Assembly: GCA_039621445.1 (NCBI GenBank)
Contig: CP154954.1
Span: forward strand, 31,272,012-31,336,011
Source: Euglena gracilis
Taxonomy: Eukaryota
Direction of reading: 5' to 3'
Length of the DNA: 64,000 nt
Part shown: piece by piece, positions 31,567-45,080 of the stretch
Layout: every line of letters begins with the position of its first letter
Position numbering within the stretch: position 1 is the first letter of the stretch
Made by a program: the position numbers and the translations under genes
The notes under the pieces: generated by a model
Told to the model about the DNA's origin: nothing
Databases searched by the model: none
Seen by the model: the letters and a program-made list of their open reading frames with translations, nothing else

Positions 31567-32459
31567 TGTATGTTGCGGGATTGATCAACAAACACTCAAA
31601 ACGAGGACCAAGCGATCAACTGCAATTGACTGGGGTCTTGGTTTGATTTACGGTGCTTCCACTTAATTAAGAATTAGAGCCAATGTGGGAATCACCGTTT
31701 CAAAAAAAAATTGACAAATCGTGGTTGGCTTTTGTTTTTTTAATTTATTTTTAAAACCAAAAAATGCCTAATCCTTAAATAGGACTAAGAACCACAATCG
31801 GCAACTTTTTGGATGGTGCTTTTTGTTGTTGTATTTTTTTTCTGTTTCATCATCATCATCATCATCATCATGACCCTGGCCCCGTTCCCTGCTTTTTTTT
31901 TCTTCAGGATTGACCCCCCCCCGAGAATTTGGGCTTGCTTCTTGTGAAGGCAAAACAGCGCAAAGCACATTGGATGCACCGGGACTCAAGCCCGAGTTTT
32001 CCGACGCAGCGGCCAGCACACATTCTTTGCCTTCATGCCAACAGCAGGACCCGAAAGTTGCCTCAGGTCTCGCTGAAGTCGTTAGAAATCATCAACAAAA
32101 CTGGGTCTTCAGCATGAGTGACGGACATTGTATCAACCACCACAAGAATCGCCGGCTGAAGGCCAGCCCTTTGGCCGAAACCAACCAGCTTTTTGAATAG
32201 TTGAATAACTCTTTGCAATGAGACACCTCTACGACCCCCACCCCTCCAAAATACTCACGGCCATCCCCCCCAGGACCCTGTCTTGGGAGGGTCCTGGGCC
32301 AGGGTTAGGGCAGAACGGGAAGGCCTGGTGGGTCGACCCCCCCAGCTGGGAGGGGGGGGGGGGCCACCCACCACAGCATTTTCACCAATTTTGGCCAACG
32401 GGGATGTTGGCCGGGGAAAATTTTTGAAACTTTTTTTTGAAAAACGAACCAAAAATACA

Positions 32460-32640
32460 GGACTGAAAACACACATCCACCGGATCGAAAACACACATCC
32501 ACCGGAATGAGAACGTACATCCATCAGTCTGGAAACACACATCCACCGGACTGAAAACACACATCCACCGGACTGAAAATGCACATCCACCGGATTGAAA
32601 GCACATGTCCACCGAACTGAAAATGCACATCCACCGGTGA
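32460..32640. repeat. 22-bp minisatellite
   Basis: CCACCGGACTGAAAACACACAT variants, about 8 copies. Confidence 0.85.
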
Positions 32641-32683
32641 TTTTTTGATGGAAAACCACATTTTTTCACAAAAAAAAATCTCA

Positions 32684-32927
32684 GGGGGTGTTCCCCCCGC
32701 GTCCCCCCCGCGTCCCCCCCCCCGCGTCCCCCTCCCTGCGTCTCCCCCCCCCCGCGTCCCGGATTTTGGCCGGGCACGTTTTTTGGTCGACCAAAGGAAA
32801 ATTACATACAAATTTAGGTGACGCCAAAGACAACGTGTGGGGGTGGTTGGGCCACGGTTCCCCCCCGCGTTCCCCCCGCGAACCCCCCCCCCCCGCGCCC
32901 CCCCCCCCCGCGTCCCGAACCACCCCC
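32684..32927. mobile_element. PIF/Harbinger-like MITE
   Basis: Termini GGGGGTG...CACCCCC; 3-bp TSD TCA; second copy at 45569-45804. Confidence 0.75.
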
Positions 32928-33601
32928 TCAAAAATTTTCAGGTTAAAAATTGGTAGTTTTTAGGAGGGGTAAAAAAAAAACGAAGCTCAAAAAATGGACA
33001 AAATTTTGGCACAGTCCAATTTTACTGAGACTTTTTCTCTTGGATTTTTTTTTATTTCAAATGGCTTTTTTGCATCAAAAACCGCTCAAAATCAAAATTT
33101 TGAGAAAATGTTGATATTTTGGAAGCAAGGCAGAACGGGAAACGGCCTCGGGGCAAGGTGGTGGGTGGGGGGGGTCGACCACCCCCCCCCACCACCTCTT
33201 CCCGTTGTTCTGGTGGCACCAATTTTTGGACCCCAAAATTTTTTCCCAGCACCTTAGGCGCCAGGTGTTTTTTTGACCCATTTTGGGACCCATACATGAG
33301 GTCCCCCCAAAACCCCCCCCAAACCCCCATTTTTTCAGGGTCCTAGGGGTCCTAGGGCGGTGGGGTCCTGGGGGTCTTGGGGGGGGCCTGGGTTGCCCTG
33401 GATCCTCTCCCCCAACCCCCCCCCTCTCAGGCTTGTGGGGCGGCAATTTTTGCCATATGTGTCCCTCAACCCCCCCTTGCACCCTCACTTCCCATTTTGT
33501 AAGGAAACTATTTTGACTTTTTCGCCTTAGAAATGGCCGGGCTGGCGGGGCTGGTGATGTGTGGGGGTGAAACCGAACAAAATGGTTTTCCTAGTCTCAG
33601 C

Positions 33602-33694
33602 ATTTTCGGAATTGCAAAATTCGATTTGAAAATTTTCGGAATTGCAAAATTCGATTTGAAAATTTTCGGAATTGCAAAATTCGATTTGAAAATT
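33602..33694. repeat. 30-bp tandem repeat, 3 copies
   Basis: ATTTTCGGAATTGCAAAATTCGATTTGAAA. Confidence 0.9.
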
Positions 33695-34838
33695 GGGGTC
33701 ACTTGTGGAGTCCAAAAAAAAGTCCGAACTCGAAAAGTCCGTGTGACTGGCTGGGCGGGTGGGGGGGGGGTCTGGGGTGCGGGGAGGTGGGTTTTTTTTG
33801 TTTTTTTTTAAAAAAAACATTGTTAGAATTAAAAAAGACAACAACAAAAACAACGTCAAAAAAAACAGGCCGACCCACTATGCCTCCCGCTACCTCCAAA
33901 GTGGCATACTCCCCCCGTGACCCCCCCCCCCGTGACCCCCCCGTGACCCCCCCCCCGTGACCCGCACCACCCCCTGGCACATCCTGGGACAGCTGTGGGC
34001 CACATTTTGGGGCAGGTTTGATACCCCATCTTGGGGTCAGTTTTGTGTCCCAGCTTGAACAACACCAGCTTGAACAACAGATGGGTCAGGTTTTTTTTGA
34101 CGTCGGGGCAAAAACCGGGGGATAAAAACTGTTTTGCTTTTTTGGCCGGGGGGTGTCCTGTCCAAAACGTTCCATCCAAAACGGTGGCTAGTCAGGGGTC
34201 CAAGAACAGGTTTATTTTTTTGGGTATGTTTGTTGTAGCACCCAGTTTGCGCGACCACAACGTGAAATTTTTCCTAAAAAAGTTACTGAACCCTTCCGGA
34301 GACAGAAAAAAATTGTCTTAGGCGAGCCAAACTAGAATTAAACCTCCAACTTCCGGGAAGAAAACGGAATTAATGCCTGTCGCTTTTAATGCAGACGTAT
34401 TAAGTGTCTGTCGCTGTTAAATGGCGACCTATAGCGAAAGTTACCGCGCTCATCCCGCTGCCCAGGCTTCAAATGGTGGCAGTGGAGTTCAACTTCATAA
34501 ACACTTCGACGTTGCGTTACCCCCCCCCCTTATTGTCCCACCGACCTCTCCCCGGGAGGCCCGACCGGACAATAAGGGGGGAGGGACAATAAGGGGTACA
34601 ATAAAGGAATTTTCATTAACCGGGCCAAAAAATCCCCCGTCGGCCGGGGCCTAGGGACAATAAGAGGGGGGGGGGACAATAAGGGGGGGGGGGGTTACCT
34701 GACGTTACGGAGGACATTTATGTGGAGTTGGCGGAAGTGGTGGAGACATGGTATACATTCACACAAATGGCCACATAATTGGCAACTTGTTTTTTTTTGG
34801 ACACTGCTTTTTGTTTTTCTTTAATTGAACAATGTTTA

Positions 34839-35231
34839 CCATGCCCCCCCCCCCTACTGTTCCCGTCCCGTGGCCCCCTTTTGGGTCCATGGGAACAGTA
34901 AGGGGGAACAGTAAGGGGGGGGACGAGCTCCCCCCCCCCTTACTGTTCCCATGGGCCATGAACCAACCAACCAAGTTAGACCCAAAAGGCCACCTAAAAT
35001 GCCAAAATGAAGCTTTTTTGGTTTACATGCTTGAAAATTGCACCTCCACAACATCCATTTTGGCATTAGGTTGGATTTTGGTGGGATGGAAAGCACCTAA
35101 AACCGACCACAAAATTCCCCCTTTTTGCCTTGTGTTCCAAGAATCCTTTACAAAAAGTGCTATGACACTGTACTGTTCCCGTCCCCCCAATGGGAACAGT
35201 AAGGGGGGGAACAGTAAAGGGGGGGGCATGG
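34839..35231. mobile_element. Tc1/mariner-like MITE
   Basis: TIR CCATGCCCCCCCC..TACTGTTCCC; TA TSD. Confidence 0.75.
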
Positions 35232-37730
35232 TATTCAAAAAAAAACCTTTTTAAATGCATATTCTCAATCATTTTTAGCAACTTATGGGAGTTTCTATCA
35301 AAAACTTCCCTAAAAAATGAAAAGATTCATAAAATTACATTTTCTTGCATTTTGGATGTTTTTGACCACTTTTGGGCAGCTTTTGAACTTAGTAGGATTC
35401 GAAGCATAGGGGGTTGGTACGCCGTGGCGAGGGGGGTCCGAATAGGGGGGGGAGGGGGGATAAATGGCGTGGCGAGGGGGTCAGCGACTAGGGGGGGGGG
35501 GGGGGGTACATGGTTTTCCAACAAAATTTTCGTTCAAAAAAATCGCGAAAATCGCCAGTGGTGTGGCGAGGGGGTCCGCGAGGGGGGGGGGAGGGGGGTA
35601 AATGGCGTGGCGAGGCCCTCGGAGAGGGGGGGGGGAGGGGTGTACCAACCCCCCCATGGTTTGGGTGTTTCATAAAGTCTTTTTTTTTCAATGAAACTTC
35701 CCTTTTGTTTTTGTTCTTTTGGTGTGTTTTGCTGTTTTTTTTTCTTCAATAAAAAACACATTGTTGTTTTTTTTAAAAAAAATTTAAAAAACGCCAACTA
35801 TGGATGGCCACACTTTACATTAGCTTCCAAAAATTTTCTCTGCAGCAACTCTAGGGTACAAGCAACCTCTTCCCAAAGCCTTCCTGGGGGGTTGGTACGC
35901 CGTGGCGAGGGGGTCCGAATAGGGGGGGGGAGGGGGGTAAATGGCGTGGCGAGGGGGTCGGCGACCAGGGGGGGGGGGGGGTAGCATGGTTTCCAACAAA
36001 ATTTTCGTTCAAAAAATCGCGAAAATCCCCGGTGGCGTGGCAAGGGGGTCCGGCTAGGGGGGGGGGTAAATGGCGTGGCAAGGCCCTCAGAGAGGGCCCC
36101 CCTAAAACAACATTTTGTGTTCACTTTGGGCTGGGGAAAAAAAACAGCTTTGCGATCACTGTGCATCATGGAAAGCCAGAGGCAACAGCAATGCGGGACG
36201 CACTACTTTTCAAAAACATTTGGGGCTCTGCAGTTACCTTCAAAAAATTTAATAAAAAAACAGAAAGGGTTTGGGGGGTTTTTTGTGATTATTTTTTAAA
36301 AAAGACAAAAAAAGCCATTCATGAAAAATGCTTTTGCCAGAAGAAATTGTTGCTTTTCAAGGAACCTCACCAACCTGTTGCAAATGATTTCCCAACATTC
36401 AAAAAAAGCTGTGTGGTTCATCACCAGTCACACATCGATCTGGTTGACGAACGTGCAATATCGTTCACTCAAAATCCTGTATCAGACCTCTCTATTTTGT
36501 GAAACCCGACAAAAAACAAAACCCTGTTTTCCGGGGGTTTTCATTCTAAAAGATGTGGCCCAGATGGCATTACCCCCCTCCCCTTCATTGGCCAAAAAAG
36601 GAGGTGCCGCCCACCAAGAGGCGGTGTTAATACAACCAATTTACCCTCAAAATGTTTTGCATCTGACTTCACAACCCAATAGCAAATAAGGAGTGCATAG
36701 AGGCAAGGTTGACGGCTTGTTTTTTTTGAAAAAAACAACATTTTTTTTAAAAAAATATGTTTTTTTTTAAAAAAAAACGCATGGAGGGTTTGGGGGAAAA
36801 TTTTTTGCAATTTTTTTTTCAGAAGAAAGTTCACGTTTATCTCTGCGGCACTCATTTTTTTGTTGTTTTTTTGGGGTTGAAAGGATGATTTTTCGCACCA
36901 GAAAACATAGATTTGGAAATACTTTCACACATAAAAAAATTAGAGGGCCGGTGATGCCTTATTTGGCAAAATATTCAGGTAGATTCCTAATTTTGAGGCA
37001 TAAATTTTGCAAAATTTGGAATGGTGATGCCTAATTTGGTGTCAAAATGCTAATTTTAGGTTGGATTCCAAATTTGGAGCCTAACAGGGATTTTTTCCCC
37101 AAAATTTCGTTTTCGGTGATTCCTAATTTGACCACCGAAAATGTGATGTTCCCCCGTGACCCCCCCCCGTTACCCCCTCGTGACCCCCCCCCCGGTCAAA
37201 CCCAAAAATATCCCTTTCAATGTTTTCAGAGACGTACCCCTTCCTGAATGCCCAGCAGGAATGTTTTCAGGGTTTCCCCCCCCAGGACATTCTGGCCTTG
37301 AGAAAAATACCCGAAAATATCCCTTTTCCCCCTGGATTTTTGCTGGCAACCCTTGCGGGGGACTGCACGGCGCAGCGGCGACGAGCGCCAGCCTGGAGCG
37401 CCAACCACGCCGCCAATGCCCCCCCCCCAAGGTCACCACACTTGTGAATTTACTCTGAAAACCCTGAGTTCCCCCCCCCCGCCCTTGGCCACTGCAGCTG
37501 TGACTACGTTTATGACTGTTTGGAAATTCATTTTGGGGGGGCAGGTGCCATAGGTGTAGAAGTGGGGGGTCGGGGGGGGGGGGGCGGCCGCCCCCCCCCC
37601 CCGAGATTTTGGAAAGACAATTTTTTTTTGCAATGTCACGCTTTCGCTTTGTAGGGATGAAGAAATTTTTGTCGCCAAGGATGGCTTCTCATGCGAGCAT
37701 TGACTCAATTGCACAAGACAATCCTTGTTC

Positions 37731-38216
37731 TAGGGCTGTTTCGATTAATCGATTAATCGATTAATCGTTCGTCATCGCCGATTAATCGAATCGTTCGGCC
37801 CCATGGCGCTTAATCGTTCATTGTGGATGTAATGTGGATGCAAACACAATATTTGTTGAAATCAACAGAAATTTGTGGGTAGTCATTCAGATAGCACACT
37901 ACTTGCTGGTACGCCATGAAAACGGTTGTTAAAAGTGGCCCAACGAGTCAGCGAACCTGCCCGTGAAACATCGCGCGATTCTGATTAAGAAACAACAGTT
38001 CCTAACAAGCTTCGTTCTGCCATGTCAACGGAGAATGAAACAAAAATTCGTCAGCGGGCACACAAAGAAATGGTCTATGTTCGATGATATAATTTCTCAG
38101 GCAGATTTCATTATCAAAAATCGGAAGGGACCAATTAATCGTTAATCGTCCGAGACCCCCCGATTAATCGCGATTAATCGTTCGCCAGCCCAAAACGATT
38201 AATTGGCACAACCCTA
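37731..38216. mobile_element. 486-bp TAGGG MITE, copy 2 (inverted), in transposase exon 1
   Basis: 7-bp TSD CTTGTTC; removal restores DNPCSTGSTIQHLRP. Confidence 0.9.
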
Positions 38217-38391
38217 CTTGTTCAACAGGTTCCACAATTCAACATTTGCGTCCCACTGTCCAGATTGGTGGAAGAAAGTTCTTGCAAATTTGGACGGAGC
38301 AATTTCCTTGGGTCCGTCATGATGCTGCAAAAGATGCTGCGTTTTGCAAAATCTGTGAAGAGGCAGTTCATTTGAATCTTCCACTGCCAAC

Positions 38392-38504
38392 AACAAGCAT
38401 TGGTTCCCAAATGCCAAATGGATGCCTCCCCGTCCCAATTTTAAAACATTATGTTACTGATTTTAAAACTTGAAACCCCTAAGTTTCAAATCAATGCTTC
38501 CCAT
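38392..38504 (+). other. Nonconventional intron 1 of the hAT transposase
   Basis: AC|AAC AAGCATTGGTT...AATCAATGCTT CCCAT|G; restores LPLPTSSKVSG. Confidence 0.8.
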
Positions 38505-38693
38505 GTCGTCCAAGGTGTCCGGATCCAAGGCGGCTTTTGCGGACAATGGCTTCAAGAATTGGAAGAAAGCCGTTGAAAAGTTTCGCGAGCACGAAGTCAA
38601 TGATTTTCATCGTGCTTGTTCAATGGGCCTTGTGGCTCGTGAGCAGGTTCCAGTGACGAACATTTTTGGCCTCCATTGTGGGGGGGGGGCTCC

Positions 38694-38968
<275 letters not shown>

Positions 38969-39267
38969 GGTTCAAAATGAGATGTTTGAAAGAAGACATT
39001 CCTGAATTGTCCACTTGGCTCCAAGGGGATCATTGGAAGTGGCTGTCACCAGACATCCAAAATGAAGTATTTCAGATGTTTGCAGACCACATTTTGAGGA
39101 AGAAACTAAGTGACATTCAACAACGCAAGCATTTTGCTATGATCATGGATGAGACCAGTGACATCTCCGTGAAAGAGCAGCTTTCTTTCTCTGTCCGCGT
39201 CGTTGATGACGATCTACACACCAAGGAGATATGGTGTGGTTTCTACGAGGTTCGGGACCTCAGTGGA

Positions 39268-39481
39268 GAAAAGAGTTCACTTTGGAGCTGGTGTGCTTTG
39301 CTTTTGTCCCTCAAGAAAGTGCTAGAAAGGGAGCAATTTTCAACCAAAAATGGAAAAGGTAAAAAAGACACAAAACGGCAATTGCCAAACTTTGCCTTCC
39401 GTCGAAATGCACCTTTCCCCCAACAAATGTGAAATGCAATGATTCATTATTAAAATGACTTGCGGAAGTAACTCTTGCACC
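39268..39481 (+). other. Nonconventional intron of the hAT transposase
   Basis: GGA|GAA AAGAGTT...AACTCTT GCACC|ATT; restores RDLSGIGLFGVLKDIL. Confidence 0.8.
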
Positions 39482-40008
39482 ATTGGACTATTTGGTGTCC
39501 TCAAAGACATATTGACAAGATTTTGCTTGAATTTGAGCCATTGTCGCGGGCAAGGCTACGATGGTGCGAGCAACATGGCTGGAAAGTTTGCTGGATTGCC
39601 GGCATTGGTTGTTGGTGAAGAAAAACGGGCGCTGTATGTCCACTGCTTTGCGCACTCACTGAATTTAATGATACAACATGTCTTGAAGGAAGACAGGATG
39701 ATGTGTGACATCATGTCGCTTGTCGGAAATCTCGTAGCTTTCATAAGAGACTCCCCCAAAAGGATGCAGTGGTTTCAAGACATTCTGGCTGAGCAGGAAG
39801 GTGGTGCTCGCACAAGTTTGCATTCTTTGTGTGTTACGCGCTGGACAATGAGGGCGGCATCCATTGCGGGTGTTTGCAGCAACTATCATGCGTTGTTGCA
39901 GTTTTTCAATGACGTGGATGAAAACGACTCCTCCGAAGCAGGTGTTGTAGCCCATGTATTTGTGACTCGCCTGCTTCAATTTGACACTTTTTTCAATTCA
40001 GGTACTCC

Positions 40009-40116
40009 GTCAAGGGTTCATGGATGGGTTCGGAAATATAGGGGACCCCCCCCCCTCGTCAGACATGCCGAACCTCCATTTTCTCGTTGTTGGGTGAAAC
40101 CCTGAACCCTTCTAAG
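40009..40116 (+). other. Intermediate intron (GT-AG and +4/-6 stem) of the hAT transposase
   Basis: C|GTC AAGGGTTCA...TGAACCCTT CTAAG|GA; gives QVLRQVFQPVDRASTVLQ, given a frame slip in the upstream T-run. Confidence 0.7.
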
Positions 40117-40606
40117 GACAAGTTTTTCAACCAGTTGACCGTGCAAGTACTGTGTTGCAGGCCGTTCAATTGCATTTTTCGGAAGCAAAGGAGATAGTGT
40201 CAACAGTGCAGAAAACAATCCTCAATTTGAAAGCTGACAACCGCTTTGACACATTCTGGGCAGCGGTGGAGGTGAGTGCTTGCAAAGTCGGGGTTGATGG
40301 TCCAAATTTTGCCAAGGGTGAGGAGGAACGTGGACGGCCAATGTAAGACTGTGAAGGAGCATTTTCACCAAAAGTATTGTTTCACAATTGATTCCATTCA
40401 AAAGCATTTGAAGGAAGAATTTGTGGAGTCACTTGCAGTCAATCACATCCTTCAAGTTAAGGGATGCTTGACTTCTATGGCAATGACATTGACCAACCAA
40501 CATCATTGCAATTTGAAAGGGAAATGCTTCAGAACATTGCCAAGGAGAAGAACATATCGCTCAAAAACTTTGGAGATGTTGTTGATTTTCTGAGGAGTTG
40601 CAGTGG

Positions 40607-40919
40607 AGCCAGGGCACTCTTGCCTTTACCTTCCCATCGATGTACAGAGAGTAGAAATGCCCCCCCCCCAGAAAATGGCCTCCGGGACAAGATGTACCAA
40701 TTTTGGCGAGGCCATGAAAAAGGTTCAAAAGATTGCCAAAAAAAGTCAATCCCGAAATTTTCAGGTTGCCAAAAAAAGGTCATATCAAAACAAACCATTC
40801 AAGAAATTGACACAATTTCTGTAGGGGTCCCCCAAACCCCCCCCCACCATTTGGCTTCAAGGGGATCTGAAAACATCCGGGCAAGGAGGTATTTTGTGAG
40901 CAAGATATGCCCTGCCACA
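40607..40919 (+). other. Nonconventional intron of the hAT transposase
   Basis: GG|AGC CAGGGCAC-TCTTGC...GCAAGATATGCCCTG CCACA|G; restores LRSCSGAIRAMLPLMV. Confidence 0.8.
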
Positions 40920-41056
40920 GGCAATACGTGCCATGTTGCCGCTGATGGTTTGCTTGGTGCGGTTGTGTCTCACCATACCCGTCACTTCTGCAACAGCCGA
41001 ACGCTCTTTCTCCACTCTCCGTCGCTTGAAAACTTACCTCCGTTCGCAATTGGGCC

Positions 41057-42453
41057 AAACAGCAATGAGCCAACATTTCTGTTCCAAACCAAACTTTCTT
41101 ACGGGAGTGTTTTTCCTAAAATACCGAAGGAAGTAGTTTCCCCCTTTTCGTTTCAAAAAAGGACCATTTTTTAAGCCTCTTGGATGTCAAAGCACACAAA
41201 GACCAATGGTAAAAGCATTGACCTGTTTGATTGTAACCGTGAATAGAGGCCCGGCGCCAGCCCTGTTTTTCGTGGGTGTGAACACGGAAAACAGGGCATA
41301 TTTTCAATTCACGAAAATATGCCCTGTTTTTCGTGAATAGGTATTCACGAAAAACAGGGCATATTTTCGTGAATACGAATTTTACTGAAATGAACCCCAA
41401 AAACCTGTCAATCCCATCAATCGAAAGCTCTTCTCAAGGGCTTTTGACAGATGGCCACAGGATTCAGCAATAATGCACACGGCACTTATTTTCAGTGATC
41501 GTGTATTCCAAAATTCGACATCCTAATTTCTGAAATCCCACACCTCAGGTGCCATACGGCATATCAATCGAAAGCTCTCCCCATGAGCTTTCATTTGGTA
41601 CCCTCAGAACTCAGCCACACTGCACAGCGCCCTAAAAATTGCCGATCGCAATGTTCCGGCCCTTTTCGCAAATCCCAAAACCCACTGTTCACCTGCCATG
41701 TTTCCCCTTGATCGATGGCCCTTCTCAAGGGCTTTCAGCAGATGGCCTTAGATTCCAGCCGTGCTGCATGGTACTCTATTTCAGAAATTCCCCAAATTTG
41801 ACCAAATGGAAAGTGTTGCACAAAATACCCCAATTTCTGGCCAAATACCCCCCAAAAAACTGCTCAGATATGATTGCCACATGTCTAAAAACCATTTTGG
41901 ACACTTTTTGGCACTTTTCATTTTGGGTCCCCTGGACGCCGTCTTCCCGCCCGAACCAACCAGACAAGCGTTGGACGCCGGTTCGGGCGTGAAGCCAGAG
42001 CCCCAATACACGGTTTGGGGGTTGTGGCAACATTCGGTCCAGCGGTGTTTGTGGCTTTCTTCGCCATTTTTGCAAGAGCAGACCGAAGGACACCATTTCT
42101 ACAGACCTGTTTCTATTCACAAAAAACAGGGCATATTTTCAATTCACGAAAATATGCCCTGTTTTCCGTGAATAGGTATTCACGAAAAACAGGGCATATT
42201 TTCGTGAATAGGATTTTTGGGGAAAAAAATGGCAAAAAAATGCCCGAAAACCTGGCGTGAAGCACACCAACGAAAAACAGGGCAGGCGCCGGGCCTTTCT
42301 ATTCACGGTTACAGAAAAATCGTGGGCTATAACCCGTATTCAGGGCGTATAACGGGTCAAGGGCGCCTACGGCGCCCTTGACCCGTTACACGGCCTGAAT
42401 ACGGGTTATGCCCACGACTTTTATATAAAAAAAATCTGCCTATTGCTGTAGCC
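41057..42453 (+). other. Nonconventional intron of the hAT transposase (contains a nested element)
   Basis: C|AAA CAGCAAT...ATTGCTG TAGCC|AA; restores LRSQLGQARLNHLAL. Confidence 0.88.
41232..42313. mobile_element. Non-autonomous TIR element nested in the last transposase intron
   Basis: ~28-bp TIR TGTAACCGTGAATAGA..GGCCCGGCGCC; subterminal AAAACAGGGCATATTTTC repeats; no TSD seen. Confidence 0.75.
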
Positions 42454-43779
42454 AAGCACGTCTAAACCACCTTGCTCTGTGTCATGTTTACAAGGAAGAA
42501 CTTCTCTCCCTCCCCCTTGATGCGCTCATGAATGAGTTCATTCAACGGAATGTTTACCGTTCCACAACCTTCGCCCTGCGATGAAAGCCTTTGTTGCATC
42601 TTCCGCATTTTGTTGTTTGCGGAGAGTGAGAAGGGGAATTGGAATGAAATTTCAAAGTGTATTATGCTCAACACCCGTTTCGGTCCGAATCTCGCCCCCC
42701 CCCAAGAAAAAATTACTTCTACACCCCTGGCAGGGGCCCCCGAACGCCCCCCCCCCCGGGTCCAAGTCACCGAATGTATACCTTTTTGGGTGGCGTTTCA
42801 CTGCAAACAAACGACTTGCCCCCCCCCGCCAACGGCATCGTGCACGCATCTGTCCGTCCTCAAGCTCTCCTACGGCGTTCTCCGAACGCGATTGGGTCCA
42901 GAGAAGGCCCACGTTCAGGCCTCCCCCGCCCCCCTGAAGAAGACGTGCATTCTTTAACCACTGCCCCCCCCTGGGGCTGGGGCTGGGGGGGGGAAACTGG
43001 CGCCCTGGGCATACGTTTTCGCCGTGCAGCGCCCAAAATTTTTGAAAACTGCCCGATTTTTTGGGGGGGTCCGCCCCCCCCCCTGGGGGGTGCCTCCCTG
43101 GGTAGGTGGGGGGTGCCTTCTTGCCCCCCCCCCCGTTCCCCTGCTTCTTCGGGGGGGGGGGCCTGAAGCCAAACTCAGCTTCCTGAGCCGGGAGCTGCAT
43201 TGAGTTTGGTGCGATAATGTGCGGGTGCCGGGCAGTCGCACAGCAGATGCAGCTGCAGTCGTAGATTCACGAGGGGGCTCTCCGGGGGGGGGGGGCAACC
43301 GACACGTGGCCCACAAACAAACAAAAAAAGAAAACCAATCGAGACAGACTGAGGAACCGTCCAACCCACAGTGTTTCTATGTTGCCCACAGAAAACAGGA
43401 ATCGAGACAGACTGAGGAACCGTCCCACCCACAGCGTTTCTATGTTGCCCACAGAAAACAGGAATTGCAGACATCTTTTTTTCAGAACATCCCCTCAGTG
43501 GATCCACATGTGCAACACAGGCTGTGCCGAAAAACACAGCCGGGCCGGGCTGAAGCAGGGGGGGGGGGTTACAGTAGATCGCTGTCGTCGGCATCCCACT
43601 CGTTGACGTCGCGGTTCTGTGATTTGCCTTGACAACATAAAAAGGGTCAAAAGGGTCAAAGTAAGGCAACTTTTACTTTTTTTTGGGGTTCCCAAAAAAA
43701 GTGATTCGGTTGTTCCTCAGCAAAACATAAGGCATCTGCTGCCCTTTTTTTTGGTTGCTGAAAAGCGAGGGGCCGTTGA

Positions 43780-44600
43780 TAAGGTTGGACGATTAATCTT
43801 AATCGACGGCACCGAACGATTAATGCCGATTAATCGGGGGGGTGGCGAACAATTACCGAACGATTAATGCCCCCTTTGGGTTCCTAGCATTATGATGACC
43901 AACAAACACTTCATTGCCCTTGAAAAATAATGTTTTTCCTTAAAAATAATTTTTTTCCGGGATCCCTTTCTTTTTGGCACGTGCATTCTCACCAACATCT
44001 GACCTTTCTTCCTGGACATCAGCCGACAGGGCTAAGCTGAACACCGCTTCACCTCACACTGCCTTCCCTTACTGAAAAAAATGGGTCATGAGGATGATAT
44101 TTTGCCACAGTTGAAACGGGAGGTGGGGCAATGGGTGACCCAAAATGGCCCTCTGGCCATCACTGCTTCTGAAGCACCAAGGCTGAAAATTGCAATTGCA
44201 ACTTTGGCCAAAACCGGCACATGCAAAGCAACTCCCTCCCAAAATTGCACAGGCTGAGGAAGTGGCCGTGTTGAGCGCAGTTTTTCTCACCAGAGTCTCC
44301 TGCATAGCAACTTGCGCGCTAAGCTGGATGACTCTTCCATCTGTGCTCTGATGTCTGTGCGTATGAGTATATCCCGTTTGTTTCCTAACGGGTCTCCCCC
44401 AAAAGAAAGCAACGCGCAGTGACATTCCTGTGAGATAGAGCCTCCAAAATTATCACTCCCAAGTGTTTTCCTGCACTGCCTTTTCAATGGTTTCTTTGGG
44501 AAGACCGATTATTTCGATTAATCACCCCCTGGCCGAATGAACGATTAATCAAGGGGTGGCGAACGATTAATCAAAAAATCGATTAATCGAAACAACCTTA
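43780..44600. mobile_element. hAT-like non-autonomous element related to the TAGGG MITE
   Basis: TIR TAAGGTTG/CAACCTTA; GATTAATC subterminal repeats; TSD GCCGTTGA vs GCCGTTGG. Confidence 0.75.
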
Positions 44601-45080
44601 GCCGTTGGAAGGAAGACTGGGGAATGAAACCCGTTCCTGGGGAAGAAAGGACTGCCTCTTCGGCGTCGGCGACTTGCGAACTGCTGGTTCACGATTGCGC
44701 AGGACACTGCGCCCGTTACCCATGCCGGCCTTCACTAAGTTGGGCCGACCGCGGGCAGTTGCCCCCCCGGGTCCGTCGTGCACACGACGTGCACGTGCCC
44801 CATGTCTTTTTCCATACTGTCGAAAATCCGTCTTTTTGATTTTCGACAACGGTTTTAAACCGATTTAAAACGATGTTTTAAACGACTGATAAAAGACGAG
44901 GCCCACACTGCCCTTGACCCGAACCATCCCCGAAAATTTTTCTGCAAAAAATGGCCATTTCGCAAGGAAAAAGGTCAATTTTTGCTTTTTCAAAAAAACA
45001 TGTTTTTTTGCGTGTTTTTTTTTAAAAAATGCTTTTTTGTTTTTTTTAAAAAAACAAAAAAAAATGTCAACCCTGCATAA

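Noticed and set aside
31909-32200. Possible exon after a polypyrimidine-AG (also coding-looking bits near 34400 and 36150-36700)
   Set aside because: No recognisable homology or partner exons; cannot be supported by eye.
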